IMG/VR virus record: IMGVR_UViG_3300038463_000401
From: a virus
Length of the DNA stretch: 64,000 nt
Direction: 5' to 3' (one strand)
Below are positions 1 to 9,044 of the stretch, piece by piece; the stretch's first letter is position 1, and each line of letters starts with the position of its first letter. A model generated the notes under the pieces. That model was not told the origin of the DNA. It saw only the letters and a list, made by a program, of their open reading frames with translations, and did not search any database. The position numbers were made by a program, and so were the translations under genes.

Positions 1-1
1 C

Positions 2-829
2 CGGCTGCACCAGAAGTACCCCGAGGCAGGCTTTCGTATCGTGCTTAGCGACTCCACAATAGGGCCCAACCCGAAGGTTGCAAATCTAGACAGGGCGTGG
101 TCTCTCGCGAAGTACGACGTGGTTCTTTGCAGTGATAGCAACGTCCGCGCTGACCGGAACTATCTCCGTGAAGCCATCCCGTTGTTGGTGGATGCCCCCA
201 ACACAGGAATCGTTACGGGGTTCGTGCAGTGTTTCGGCGCAGAGAACTTCGGTGGCAACCTCGAAGAGGCAACATGGAATACGTTCTACGCGCGGTGGGT
301 TAACATCGGTCGCAGCTTTGGTGTGGGTTTTGTAATCGGGAAGTCGATGCTGTTCAAGAGAAGCGTCGCGGCACGCTTCGGCGGCCTGTCGGCGTTTGCG
401 CATCATGTGGCGGAAGACTACATGATTGGCCGGGCGATGAACAGTCTGGGAAAGAGCGTGGACGTTCAGCATAAAGGCATACCCCAGTTCGTGGGCAAGC
501 GATCGCTGCGCGAGTACTGGCAGCGCGCCCTGAGATGGAATCTCCTTCAGAAGTACTCAGCGCCGGTGGCCTTCTTCGGAACGCCGACGCAATTCCCGGT
601 CGTGATCGGCGCACTAACTTGCTCGGTTAGATACGCTGAAGTTACTTTGTGCCTGTGGTTAGTAATGGACATGTTACTAATGACTGCGCTCGGCGGGCGG
701 CCGCGGCCGTTTACGTGGATGTTGTCCCAGATACTTGCTCCGTTGATCTGGGTGAATGCCTTGGTTAAAGACCACGTCGTGTGGCGCGGCAACACGATGC
801 GGATAGGCAAAGGCGGCTGGTTAAAGTAA
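2..829 (+). CDS. GT21 family glycosyltransferase (ceramide glucosyltransferase/HpnI-like), 5'-truncated by window edge
   Basis: Frame is open from base 2. Motifs GPNPKVANL, SDSNV, AEDY and RALRW match the GT21 D2/D3/(Q/R)xxRW signature; C-terminus is hydrophobic and ends VVWRG. Confidence 0.85.
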   Translation, partial: RLHQKYPEAGFRIVLSDSTIGPNPKVANLDRAWSLAKYDVVLCSDSNVRADRNYLREAIPLLVDAPNTGIVTGFVQCFGAENFGGNLEEATWNTFYARWVNIGRSFGVGFVIGKSMLFKRSVAARFGGLSAFAHHVAEDYMIGRAMNSLGKSVDVQHKGIPQFVGKRSLREYWQRALRWNLLQKYSAPVAFFGTPTQFPVVIGALTCSVRYAEVTLCLWLVMDMLLMTALGGRPRPFTWMLSQILAPLIWVNALVKDHVVWRGNTMRIGKGGWLK

Positions 830-890
830 CTTTCATCATTTAATCACCTATGCTAAGCTCGGGCGTCCGACTCACTTATCTGGGGGTTTT

Positions 891-1970
891 ATGAAGTTTT
901 TTCTGGTGCTAATGTGTTTCTTCGGTGGACTCGCGTCTGCTGCGGAGACACCCAAAGATCTTTCGGTCACAATCGACGGAGTAACCTACTACAAGGGCTT
1001 CATCAAGAAGCACAAGCGAGGTGCGGTTTACTATAAGCCGGCGCCGCGCACTGATCTACCCCCGTCCTACGACGCGCAAACAGCAGGAAAAGCTACGCCG
1101 ATCAAGATGCCTGGACAGGGAAGTTGTGGAGATTGTTGGGCATTTTCTAGAACCGGCGCACTGGAATCCGCATCCATTCTTGCAGGCACGCCCAGCCCGT
1201 TTCAAAGCCTTTCCGAAGAAGACACTACGGATAACGCGAGTGACGAAAACGGCTGTGGCGGCGGCTCAATGGATTTCAATTATGAAATCAGCCACGGTGT
1301 CGCTTCGCTGACGACATGTCCTTGGGAAGGAGGCGGTGGCGGTTGCAACTCTAATCCTGTTGCAGTTCAGGCCTATAAAATGGCTTATATCGGTGACACC
1401 AATGGCCCGACCGATGCTGAGATGCAGGCCGCGATTTACCAGTTCGGTGACGTTAGCGTGACCGTTGCTGCTGGTGGCAACTTCAATACCGACTCGGGCA
1501 GCGACCGGATGACGAGCTGCGGTGCGCGCGCTATTGACCACATGGTCAGTTTGACTGGGTACCGGCCGGTGGCCGGAGGCAGCGGCGTCGAATACAAAAT
1601 GAAGAACAGCTGGGGCACTAGCTGGGGCGCGAATGGCTATGCCTACATGGCCTTAGGCTGCGACAACATTGCATCCGGTGACCAGTCGGCAATGGTCGTC
1701 TACGTCCAATCGGTGAACCCGCCGCCCCCGGTGATCGACCTACAACTCCCGATCGAGATCCTCGCCGCGGCCGGCCAGGAAGTCCCGATCCAAGTGCCTG
1801 CGCCGTCGACTGGCAATGCAACTCTTGGTTGGTCTGACGGCGAAGCTGGGCCGGTTATCTGGGTTAAACCTACTCAGACGACTAGCTATACGCTTACCGC
1901 GGCGGATGCCAAAGGCAACAAAACATCGGCGACCGTAACGGTCATCGTTTCTTCTTCGACGAAAGGCTAA
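891..1970 (+). CDS. Secreted papain-family (C1A) cysteine protease with C-terminal Ig/PKD-like domain
   Basis: Signal peptide MKFFLVLMCFFGGLASA; QGSCGDCWAFS (catalytic Cys), IDHMVSLTGY (His), KNSWGTSWGANGY (Asn); Pro linker followed by a beta-rich tail. Confidence 0.92.
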   Translation: MKFFLVLMCFFGGLASAAETPKDLSVTIDGVTYYKGFIKKHKRGAVYYKPAPRTDLPPSYDAQTAGKATPIKMPGQGSCGDCWAFSRTGALESASILAGTPSPFQSLSEEDTTDNASDENGCGGGSMDFNYEISHGVASLTTCPWEGGGGGCNSNPVAVQAYKMAYIGDTNGPTDAEMQAAIYQFGDVSVTVAAGGNFNTDSGSDRMTSCGARAIDHMVSLTGYRPVAGGSGVEYKMKNSWGTSWGANGYAYMALGCDNIASGDQSAMVVYVQSVNPPPPVIDLQLPIEILAAAGQEVPIQVPAPSTGNATLGWSDGEAGPVIWVKPTQTTSYTLTAADAKGNKTSATVTVIVSSSTKG

Positions 1971-1976
1971 ACCACC

Positions 1977-2582
1977 ATGAAGTTACAAACATTGTTCGTT
2001 GCTATCGCAATCGCGCTAGCTGGTTGTCACCCGAAGCCGGCGCCGACACCGCCCACTACGTGCGACGGCCAGAACGTCGGGATCATCCGCAGCCTTGGCT
2101 GTCCGGTCGGGGACATTGGCCTCCATACCCAGGTCTGCCAGGCATCCGGTCAATGGGCCGACGCCGACAACACCTGCGTCATGGCCCCTGCGACTTGCAG
2201 CGGCATCTCCCAAGGCGTGATCGAGAACGTTGGCTGCCCTGCCGGCGAGACTGGCGATCATCACGCGATCTGCACAGCGAAGGGCTGGGCCGACGTGGAC
2301 AACACCTGCGCAGTTGTGCCGCCCCCGCCCCCGCCTCCTCCGCCGACACCGCCAGCTCCTCCGGCCGCTCCGTCGGTGAGCTTGCCGCAAGCATACCGCG
2401 TCCATAAGGGAGACAAGGTTGCCTTGCAGGTCCGTCCGGCGGACGGTGTGACCTACAAGTGGTCGACTGGGGACACGACTCCGCTGATCTGGGTATCGCC
2501 CGCGGCCGACAGCGTGTACACCGTAACTGCTACAGGCCCGGGCGGCAGCGCCTCTGCCTCTGTGTCTGTTGTGGTTGAGTAG
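1977..2582 (+). CDS. Lipoprotein with two Cys-rich repeats, poly-Pro linker and Ig-like domain
   Basis: Lipobox LAGC; two approx. 38-aa repeats C-x-G...GCP-x-G...C...W-A-D-x-DNTC; C-terminal YKWSTG...IWVSP...YTVTA. Confidence 0.8.
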   Translation: MKLQTLFVAIAIALAGCHPKPAPTPPTTCDGQNVGIIRSLGCPVGDIGLHTQVCQASGQWADADNTCVMAPATCSGISQGVIENVGCPAGETGDHHAICTAKGWADVDNTCAVVPPPPPPPPPTPPAPPAAPSVSLPQAYRVHKGDKVALQVRPADGVTYKWSTGDTTPLIWVSPAADSVYTVTATGPGGSASASVSVVVE

Positions 2583-2611
2583 TTCGTTTCACATTAAAGG
2601 GGGGTTTTATT

Positions 2612-3094
2612 ATGAAGCGTTTCTTGGTCGTAGCTCTGCTAGTGCTCAGTGCCTGTGGTCGCCCAGCTTCGGTGTCACACACCGCGGCCGACGCCCACGA
2701 GTTCAGCGCCACCGTCCTTAACGGGAACGGCGGCACGTACAATAGCACCGACGAGGCCGGCAAGGCTTTGGTGCTCGAGTTCTACTTCGACAGCTGCCCG
2801 TATTGCAATGAGAACGCGCCGAACGTCGATCCGCTAGCGACCGCTTACCCTGGTCAAGTTGTTGAAGTCACCGTCGACTGCCGCCAGTCGGAATGGAATG
2901 ACTGGATCAGCAACCACCACCCGGTGGCGCAGATGCTGAACGACTGCTCGAACACGCTCTCAAGCTACTATGGCGTGGACAGCTTCCCGACGGTGATCGC
3001 GCTCGACTCAACACATGCCCAGACGTTTAGCTACGTTGGGGTGTGGGACGAGTCGACGACGGATCAGCTGAAGGCGATCTTAGCTGGCCAGTAA
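2612..3094 (+). CDS. Thioredoxin-like (TlpA/ResA-type) lipoprotein
   Basis: Lipobox LSAC; LVLEFYFDSCPYC active site; YYGVDSFPT cis-Pro motif. Confidence 0.85.
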   Translation: MKRFLVVALLVLSACGRPASVSHTAADAHEFSATVLNGNGGTYNSTDEAGKALVLEFYFDSCPYCNENAPNVDPLATAYPGQVVEVTVDCRQSEWNDWISNHHPVAQMLNDCSNTLSSYYGVDSFPTVIALDSTHAQTFSYVGVWDESTTDQLKAILAGQ

Positions 3095-3143
3095 CACTCC
3101 GTGTTAAACTCTCCTTCTGGACACATCCAGGAGGAGAGTTTTT

Positions 3144-3926
3144 ATGCGAAAAGTCTTTATGTTATTCCTCTTGATCTTGCTTAGTTGCGGCCGCGCCGGG
3201 GATGTTGCCGTTGTGGGCGCTGGAGCTGCGCAGAGCGACAGCCAGTCGCAGTTCGACGGCCGCCCGACCAGGCACCGCATCGAGGCAGACTTGCGCGTGG
3301 AGAATAACGCCAAGCTGGCCGACGACGCCTTTGACGAGATGTTCCATGTCGCTTCGCAGGAGATGGCCGCTGTCGGTGACACCGCGCATGCGGCGCAGCT
3401 CCAGGCTGAATGGAACGGCATCTATAAGGGCATGCTGATCGCGCAAGCCAACGGGCTTATGGGGGACACTGGGGACCACGCGCCGCTTAGCGTGTGGGTG
3501 GAGCAGTGGTATTCAATCATTGCGCTTGTACTTGGCCCCACAGTCATGGAAAGAACGCACCTAGAGGATATCTGGGTTTTGAACTACACGATCCCGGTGG
3601 TGTTCCACCCGCAGCAGAACACGCTGTGGTGCTCGGAGACGCTGAACATGAATTTAGGGGATACTTGCGAGGCGGAGTACCGGAGGCACTTTGCCGGGAC
3701 AGAGTTCCAGATCCAACCAGATCCCTACGCCAAGCTCCCGCTGCACCAGGGCTTCAGCTCAGTAGTTACCTACTGGGGAGTAATGATCGGTTGCGAGATT
3801 GCCACATATGGAACGGGGTGGTTTGTGATCTGCTCACCTATAGCCACTATTGCGGAGGACGCGGTGGACCGCTTTTTGGCTCCCCGTCTTTCTGATGATA
3901 TCTGGATGAGACACAACCCGAGCTAA
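3144..3926 (+). CDS. Hypothetical lipoprotein
   Basis: Lipobox LLSC after a hydrophobic stretch; strong RBS (ggaggag). Confidence 0.7.
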   Translation: MRKVFMLFLLILLSCGRAGDVAVVGAGAAQSDSQSQFDGRPTRHRIEADLRVENNAKLADDAFDEMFHVASQEMAAVGDTAHAAQLQAEWNGIYKGMLIAQANGLMGDTGDHAPLSVWVEQWYSIIALVLGPTVMERTHLEDIWVLNYTIPVVFHPQQNTLWCSETLNMNLGDTCEAEYRRHFAGTEFQIQPDPYAKLPLHQGFSSVVTYWGVMIGCEIATYGTGWFVICSPIATIAEDAVDRFLAPRLSDDIWMRHNPS

Positions 3927-4285
3927 TCCTCTGGCCCATCCTCCTCTGGAATGGGCTGGAGCATCTCTATCCAAACAGGTTTGTTTAAACTAATCATACG
4001 GGCGACCAAGTCGCCCACTTCTTTACTTCTCCCGTCCCACCAAGCCAGCAGCCCGTCAGCGTAGTTTGCCATCTCTGCGTTGCGCTTTGGCTTCGTGGGG
4101 TCGGGATTGAATACCAGTAGCAGCAGATCATGCCGCCAGGCCCATTCCCTGCCAGCGGCGGATGCCCCAACTTCGCCGGATGAGACAACTTCCGTGATCT
4201 GAAAGCCGGCCTCTACCATTGAGAGGCCGATCTCTTCCGGTTCGGGAACGTGCCAGGCGGTACCAGCTATGATTATTTTAGACAT
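3923..4285 (-). CDS. SLOG-family protein (DUF2493/YspA-like)
   Basis: MSKIIIAG... and RNAEMANYADGLLAWWDGRSK resemble the DUF2493 consensus. Confidence 0.7.
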   Translation of the reverse strand: MSKIIIAGTAWHVPEPEEIGLSMVEAGFQITEVVSSGEVGASAAGREWAWRHDLLLLVFNPDPTKPKRNAEMANYADGLLAWWDGRSKEVGDLVARMISLNKPVWIEMLQPIPEEDGPED

Positions 4286-4639
4286 AGCCTAACCACCCCA
4301 GTTGGTCTCCGCGATGTGCTTGAGGCATCGCGCGCACAGCCTATTCTGCGGCCCGCGACTGGGGAAGAGCTTTTGGCAGCGCAGGCAAACGCGCGGCTTA
4401 GCTTGTTTCTTTTCAGCGACCATCGTAAGATGGACTCCTTCTAGAGGAGGACGCGTCATGATCACTCCAGCTAAGTTACCCTCAATCGCCTGCGGTTATT
4501 GTTTCTATTACTATCCCTGATCCCTAGCTCATCCACAAGTTATCAATGCGAGAAGTGCGGTTCTAAGTATGTGCTGCCAACGCTTGTTTGGGAGCCCGGC
4601 GAAGACCCGTATATATCGAAGACCGAGTGCCTAGTTTGC

Positions 4640-4729
4640 GGGGACGAGGCGGGATACGATTTGCCCCACCGGGCTGTAAACCCGGAGCGTGCCGAGCGCA
4701 TGTAGGTTTGAATCCTACCGGCCCCACCA
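4640..4729 (+). pseudogene. Degenerate tRNA-Tyr(GTA)-like element
   Basis: Anticodon arm CCGGG-CT-GTA-AA-CCCGG, long variable arm, T arm GTAGG-TTTGAAT-CCTAC, 3' CGGCCCC-A-CCA. 5' GGGGACG pairs at 6 of 7 positions; the D arm is non-canonical (no GG in the loop). Confidence 0.55.
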
Positions 4730-4731
4730 AC

Positions 4732-4760
4732 ATGTCGAAGAAATCGACTTTTTTCGACAT
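4732..4760. terminator. Hairpin between convergent units
   Basis: Inverted repeat ATGTCGAAGAAA...TTTTTTCGACAT. Confidence 0.45.
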
Positions 4761-4807
4761 ATCGACCACGTCATGTTAAATAAAACGAGTTTTTTCGACA
4801 CGTCGCT

Positions 4808-5428
4808 TTACGACTTGGTAGCTATTCTATCCGCCAGCCCATACGCGATCGCGTCCTTAGGATCATGGAAGTAGAGGCCCTCCATCACTGCGATGTCAAA
4901 GTCCCGCCTGGAGAGGCCTGGCTGCTTCTCTAAGACGCGTTCGTAGACCAGGCCGTCGACCATCTTGCTGTAGAAAACCTCGCACTCAGAAGCATTTTTG
5001 AACTCTTGGGACGGCTTCAGCACACCGGTCTGCCCGGAGTGGTACATGACGAGAGCGCCAGGCTCGAGCGCGCGGTCTTTGAAGGCCTGGAGGATCAAGC
5101 AGCCGGTTGAGCAGGCTTGGCCGGTGACCAGCGCGGTCATGGGAACTTTGCTTCGGCGCACCGCATTGAATATGGATAGGCCCGATACCAGGTCGCCCCC
5201 CGGAGTGTTGATCTCAACGATGATTGAGGTTTTGTCTTTATCTTCCACCATGGCATTGACCAGCGTGGCCATGTTCTTACGGAACTTCCTCGCCATCGCC
5301 ACAGTGACTTCGTTGTCGAGGTTGTGGTCGGAGTTGTCCTCCAGGTAGATCGTATTGATATCCAGATCGATGCTGTAATCGTGTACTTCTTTTAGGAGGT
5401 CTGAGTTCAGTTCTCGGCTTTCCGACAT
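4808..5428 (-). CDS. clpP: ClpP-like peptidase (S14 family)
   Basis: INTPGGDLVSGLSIFN, GQACSTG (catalytic Ser position), MYH (His). Start placed at ATG 5428 behind RBS aggag. Confidence 0.8.
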   Translation of the reverse strand: MSESRELNSDLLKEVHDYSIDLDINTIYLEDNSDHNLDNEVTVAMARKFRKNMATLVNAMVEDKDKTSIIVEINTPGGDLVSGLSIFNAVRRSKVPMTALVTGQACSTGCLILQAFKDRALEPGALVMYHSGQTGVLKPSQEFKNASECEVFYSKMVDGLVYERVLEKQPGLSRRDFDIAVMEGLYFHDPKDAIAYGLADRIATKS

Positions 5429-5438
5429 AAACGAGCTC

Positions 5439-5732
5439 CTATTGGTTGTGCTGCATAATAAGCCCAAACATCGTAGCCAGCGGTCCGTCGATCTTGTAGA
5501 TCAGCCAGTGCGGGATCTTGATCTTGTACTCAAACTCCACTGCGTGGAGGAACTCGTGGATAAAGGCCCGCAGGGTCTTGTGCCTGTTGAGCCCTTCCAA
5601 GATCTCTATCGTGCGTGTCTCCGTGTAACAGAAACCGTGACAGACCTTCCCGTCCTCCATCATGTCGATCTTGTCGACGAGCTCCACCGTCCAGCGACGG
5701 CCCTTGAGCGGGAAGGTATGCGGTAAATGCAT
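5439..5732 (-). CDS. Small zincin-like metallopeptidase protein
   Basis: FIHEFLHAVE (HExxH) motif. Confidence 0.6.
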   Translation of the reverse strand: MHLPHTFPLKGRRWTVELVDKIDMMEDGKVCHGFCYTETRTIEILEGLNRHKTLRAFIHEFLHAVEFEYKIKIPHWLIYKIDGPLATMFGLIMQHNQ

Positions 5733-5737
5733 AGCAA

Positions 5738-7456
5738 TTACCCCTTATCGTCGAGGGAGTACCGTCCTTGGATGACTGTTACGAGTTGCTTCTGTCCGCC
5801 TGGCCACACGACGCCCGCGGTGGATAACCAGCGGCTTGGGCCGCGGTTGTAGCCGTGGCGCTCGATGGATGAATGGCCTACCACCATGAGGCGACCAAGG
5901 ATCCGCGGCGCGTGCAAATGTCCGATCATGGCATCGCCGAAGGCCTTTTCAAGCTGGGCTGGGCTGCCGCGCGCGCCGTCGACACCCAAGTGGCCGTGGC
6001 TGCCCATCTGGACGCCCTCGACGTAGCGGTCATCCTCGCCCTTCAGCCACTCGAAGAAGCCTTTGGGGTCGAGCCGCTTCTGCAGCGGGTTAACCCCGTC
6101 CATCATCTCAACGACCATACGGTGCGCTAGGCCGAAGTTAGGGTCATCCTTGATGTACCGCCCCTGCTCCAGGTAGCCACGGTCGCCTACCAAGTGGTCG
6201 TGGTGGTTACTCTCGACGATGATGATCTTGGCGGGGCTGAACTTCTTTCTGAGGCTCTCGAGGAGTACGCAGTCGTAGTCCAGTTCAGCCTGAAGGGACT
6301 GAAAGCGCGGGAGTCGCTTTGACCGGGTGATACGCTGGTTTTCTGTGTGGTGGGAGATGGACGAGCCGTCAAAGACGTCTTCAGCGTAAACCTCCTCTGG
6401 CTTGATTGTCGCTGCGAGGCGTGTTTGCGCTTCGATGACGGACTCTTTCTCCATACCACCGTGGAGGTCTCCCATGCGCAGCGCTTTGGCTCTGACGTCG
6501 GTCACGCGGCCATCGGGGCGGTAGCGTTTGCCGTCGATGTCGCAGAAGGAACCGTCAGCTGCGAACTGCACTTGGCGCACCCAGAATTCGCCGTCGTCAA
6601 TCTCCACGATCAGGCCGCCCATGATGTGGGCTTCGTCAGCAATGCGGCCGATGCGTTCTTTGCGGTACTCGGGTAGCGTGATTGCGCCAGTTGTAAAGAG
6701 AATGCGGGCCATGGTCCCGTTGCCAGTAGCCACGGTTTCGAAGTCTTGCTTGGAGTGCGCGAAGATCAGGGATTGGTTGAAGCGGGTGGGCATCACCATC
6801 CCGTTCACGATGATTTGCGGTTGGCCGCCGCGGATGCGGTGCAGGCCGGTGAGTGGGTGGACTTGCTGTGGGTTGAGGTGCACATCGAGCGCGCGGAGGT
6901 TTTCGTTGAAGTGGAACTCGTTAGCAAACATGCTCTCAAATTCTTGCAACCGCGGGTCATAGTAACTTGGCTGCCCGTGCAGAGGCGGCATGTGCGCGCG
7001 CATAGGCAAGATCACGAGCTCACCCTTCTTCTCGCCAGCCCAGGTTTGCATGGCCTTGAATCCAGGCATGAATAGGTTGTGGCCGAGCGGCCTGCCGGAC
7101 TTCTTTTTGACTTCGGAGAAGGTGGAAATCGGAGAGGCCGCGGTTATGAACCAGCGGCCTCTTTCTTTCTTCGCGGCGCGGTGGACACCGGCGAAGTGGG
7201 AGTGCGTAAACCCGGTGAATGGGTGCGCCTCGACGTTTCCTTCGTTGTCCACTACTGCCGTGCTGGCATAGGAGCGGAAGGCATGGCGCATCTGTTCAGC
7301 AGTGCGCGTCCCTCCGTACTTCTTTGCAAAGGCTTTGGCGATGTCCTGGTATTCTTTGGCGCGAGTGAGTCTGGCTTCGAGGATGAACTGGATCTGCTTC
7401 TCGGTGTACCTTCTGCTGTGTGGAGCGTCTTCGGGTTGCCGTTTAGCATCCGCCAT
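5738..7456 (-). CDS. Calcineurin-like metallophosphoesterase with N-terminal HTH-like region
   Basis: MGDLHGG, EDVFDG, SNHHDH, SHGH and GHLH motifs in the order expected for metallophosphoesterases. Confidence 0.8.
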   Translation of the reverse strand: MADAKRQPEDAPHSRRYTEKQIQFILEARLTRAKEYQDIAKAFAKKYGGTRTAEQMRHAFRSYASTAVVDNEGNVEAHPFTGFTHSHFAGVHRAAKKERGRWFITAASPISTFSEVKKKSGRPLGHNLFMPGFKAMQTWAGEKKGELVILPMRAHMPPLHGQPSYYDPRLQEFESMFANEFHFNENLRALDVHLNPQQVHPLTGLHRIRGGQPQIIVNGMVMPTRFNQSLIFAHSKQDFETVATGNGTMARILFTTGAITLPEYRKERIGRIADEAHIMGGLIVEIDDGEFWVRQVQFAADGSFCDIDGKRYRPDGRVTDVRAKALRMGDLHGGMEKESVIEAQTRLAATIKPEEVYAEDVFDGSSISHHTENQRITRSKRLPRFQSLQAELDYDCVLLESLRKKFSPAKIIIVESNHHDHLVGDRGYLEQGRYIKDDPNFGLAHRMVVEMMDGVNPLQKRLDPKGFFEWLKGEDDRYVEGVQMGSHGHLGVDGARGSPAQLEKAFGDAMIGHLHAPRILGRLMVVGHSSIERHGYNRGPSRWLSTAGVVWPGGQKQLVTVIQGRYSLDDKG

Positions 7457-7562
7457 AGTCAGAACTCCTTGTATGTGTTTTGAACAGCATAGCAGAGTTG
7501 GTCGAAGGGCGTACGGGGAGCGGTGTTGGTGGGGTTACCAAATGTCAGGAATTGTCAGAATA

Positions 7563-7593
7563 GGTAAAGAAAAGGCGCCGGGTTAGGGCGCCT
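7563..7593 (-). terminator. Intrinsic terminator (copy 1 of an exact 31-bp repeat)
   Basis: Minus strand reads AGGCGCCCTAACCCGGCGCC-TTTTCTTTACC. Confidence 0.8.
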
Positions 7594-7599
7594 TATTGG

Positions 7600-8949
7600 C
7601 TAATCGTTGTCTGGGGCCATGTCCCCTTCAGCGTTGCGCTTGAGGAAGGTAACGTTCATCTGCTCTCTTAGCTTGTCAGCATACTTTTGGGGAAGCTTCG
7701 GTACCCAGAACTGGTATGCAGGTCTGGACGACAGCAGGGCGCTCTTGGCAACAACAAAGTTCAGTGGAGAGTCACCAAGCTTCTCTACGTTGAGTGGTGA
7801 GGTGAAATAATACCTAAGAGGGCTTTCCCGAACGAATGAGACGGTGGAATGAACATGGTCAATAGCTGCCTCTAACCCTTCACGCCTGAAAACCATGGTC
7901 ATGTGCACGTCGCCCTTCCCATCCTGAATCTCCACCTCGTCCCTTGGGTGACGCGCTTGCCGGAGCATTCGGCCAATAACGTGCCGGTCTACTGCCTGGT
8001 ATAGCCCATCCCGTAGAATATCCTGTGCGCTGATATGAGTGGGGGGAACGCCACTGATAGAGCGGACCGTGATGTTTTCCTGGACAAGCTTGTTAATCGC
8101 CGCGGGCGCGACTGCTAGTCTTAGGATAGCCACCTCTTGCTCTACCCTCTTAGTATCGCCCGTTCCTTGAACCACGAGTTGTGCCAGCATCTCTAGGATA
8201 CGATCTTGGGTTGTGCTAGTACCCTGACCACCCACAGCCTTTAGGGCCTTCAGCTCTGCGTCTTTGCGGTCGAACTCTCTGATGTATGCTTCCTTGATCT
8301 GAGCAGCGATCTTTCCGGTGAAACCCATGACCAGGAATAGGAAGCCATTCTTGGTGATGTAGCATTCCGGCTGAGGCTTACCTTGCGAGTCGAGGTAAGA
8401 GGTCAGCTCAAAGTTTAGCCGACTAAATTCCTCAGAGCACTCAAGCTCCCGTATTGACTTAAGAACATTCTTTGGGTCGCGTTTAAATGCGTCTGCGATT
8501 TCCCGCGAGGTCACATAAATCCGGTCCCCGTCCGCATGAACGAACGGAATCACCATCCGCACCCTCTCTTCCTCTGACTCAGGGGATGGCCGCGGTTCCT
8601 CCGTCTCCGCGGCCTTAGGTTCCTCCTCTGGCTCTGGCGGCTCGACCTTCTCTTCCTCTGGTGCCACGTCGAAGAGGCTCGGCGTCGGCGGCTCAACCGC
8701 GGCAGACACTTCGCCTGGCTCAACCAGAAGTTCTTCTGTGAGAACATTGTAGTACTTGGCGATCTCGGTGACCTGGTCCATGGTCGCCTCTTTGACACCT
8801 TTCTCTAGGTGGCACAGAACCGACTGAGATAAGCCTTTAACGCCAGACGCTAAGAGCTGCGCGGCCATATCTCGCTGGAGCACGCCCTTCTTCTCTCGAA
8901 GCTGCTTCAGTAACTCACTGCGAACCCTATAACGATTGGCTTTTGCCAT
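7600..8949 (-). CDS. XRE-type HTH + Rha family phage regulatory protein
   Basis: N-terminal HTH (QRDMAAQ...SQSVLCHLEKG); Rha domain TSREIADAFKRDPKNVLKSIRELECSEEF...YITKNGFLFLVMGFTG. Confidence 0.88.
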   Translation of the reverse strand: MAKANRYRVRSELLKQLREKKGVLQRDMAAQLLASGVKGLSQSVLCHLEKGVKEATMDQVTEIAKYYNVLTEELLVEPGEVSAAVEPPTPSLFDVAPEEEKVEPPEPEEEPKAAETEEPRPSPESEEERVRMVIPFVHADGDRIYVTSREIADAFKRDPKNVLKSIRELECSEEFSRLNFELTSYLDSQGKPQPECYITKNGFLFLVMGFTGKIAAQIKEAYIREFDRKDAELKALKAVGGQGTSTTQDRILEMLAQLVVQGTGDTKRVEQEVAILRLAVAPAAINKLVQENITVRSISGVPPTHISAQDILRDGLYQAVDRHVIGRMLRQARHPRDEVEIQDGKGDVHMTMVFRREGLEAAIDHVHSTVSFVRESPLRYYFTSPLNVEKLGDSPLNFVVAKSALLSSRPAYQFWVPKLPQKYADKLREQMNVTFLKRNAEGDMAPDND

Positions 8950-9009
8950 GGTATCCTCCGTGTTTGTCCCTCAGCTTATTCCCAGTATTCAGTGGGATCA
9001 AGCGCCAGT

Positions 9010-9040
9010 GGTAAAGAAAAGGCGCCGGGTTAGGGCGCCT
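9010..9040 (-). terminator. Intrinsic terminator (copy 2 of an exact 31-bp repeat)
   Basis: Identical to 7563-7593. Confidence 0.8.
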
Positions 9041-9044
9041 AGCT

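Noticed and set aside
4752-4781. dif-like site (TCATGTTAAAT resembles the XerD arm TTATGTTAAAT)
   Set aside because: No credible XerC arm at 6- or 8-bp spacing; the adjacent sequence is better explained as a hairpin.
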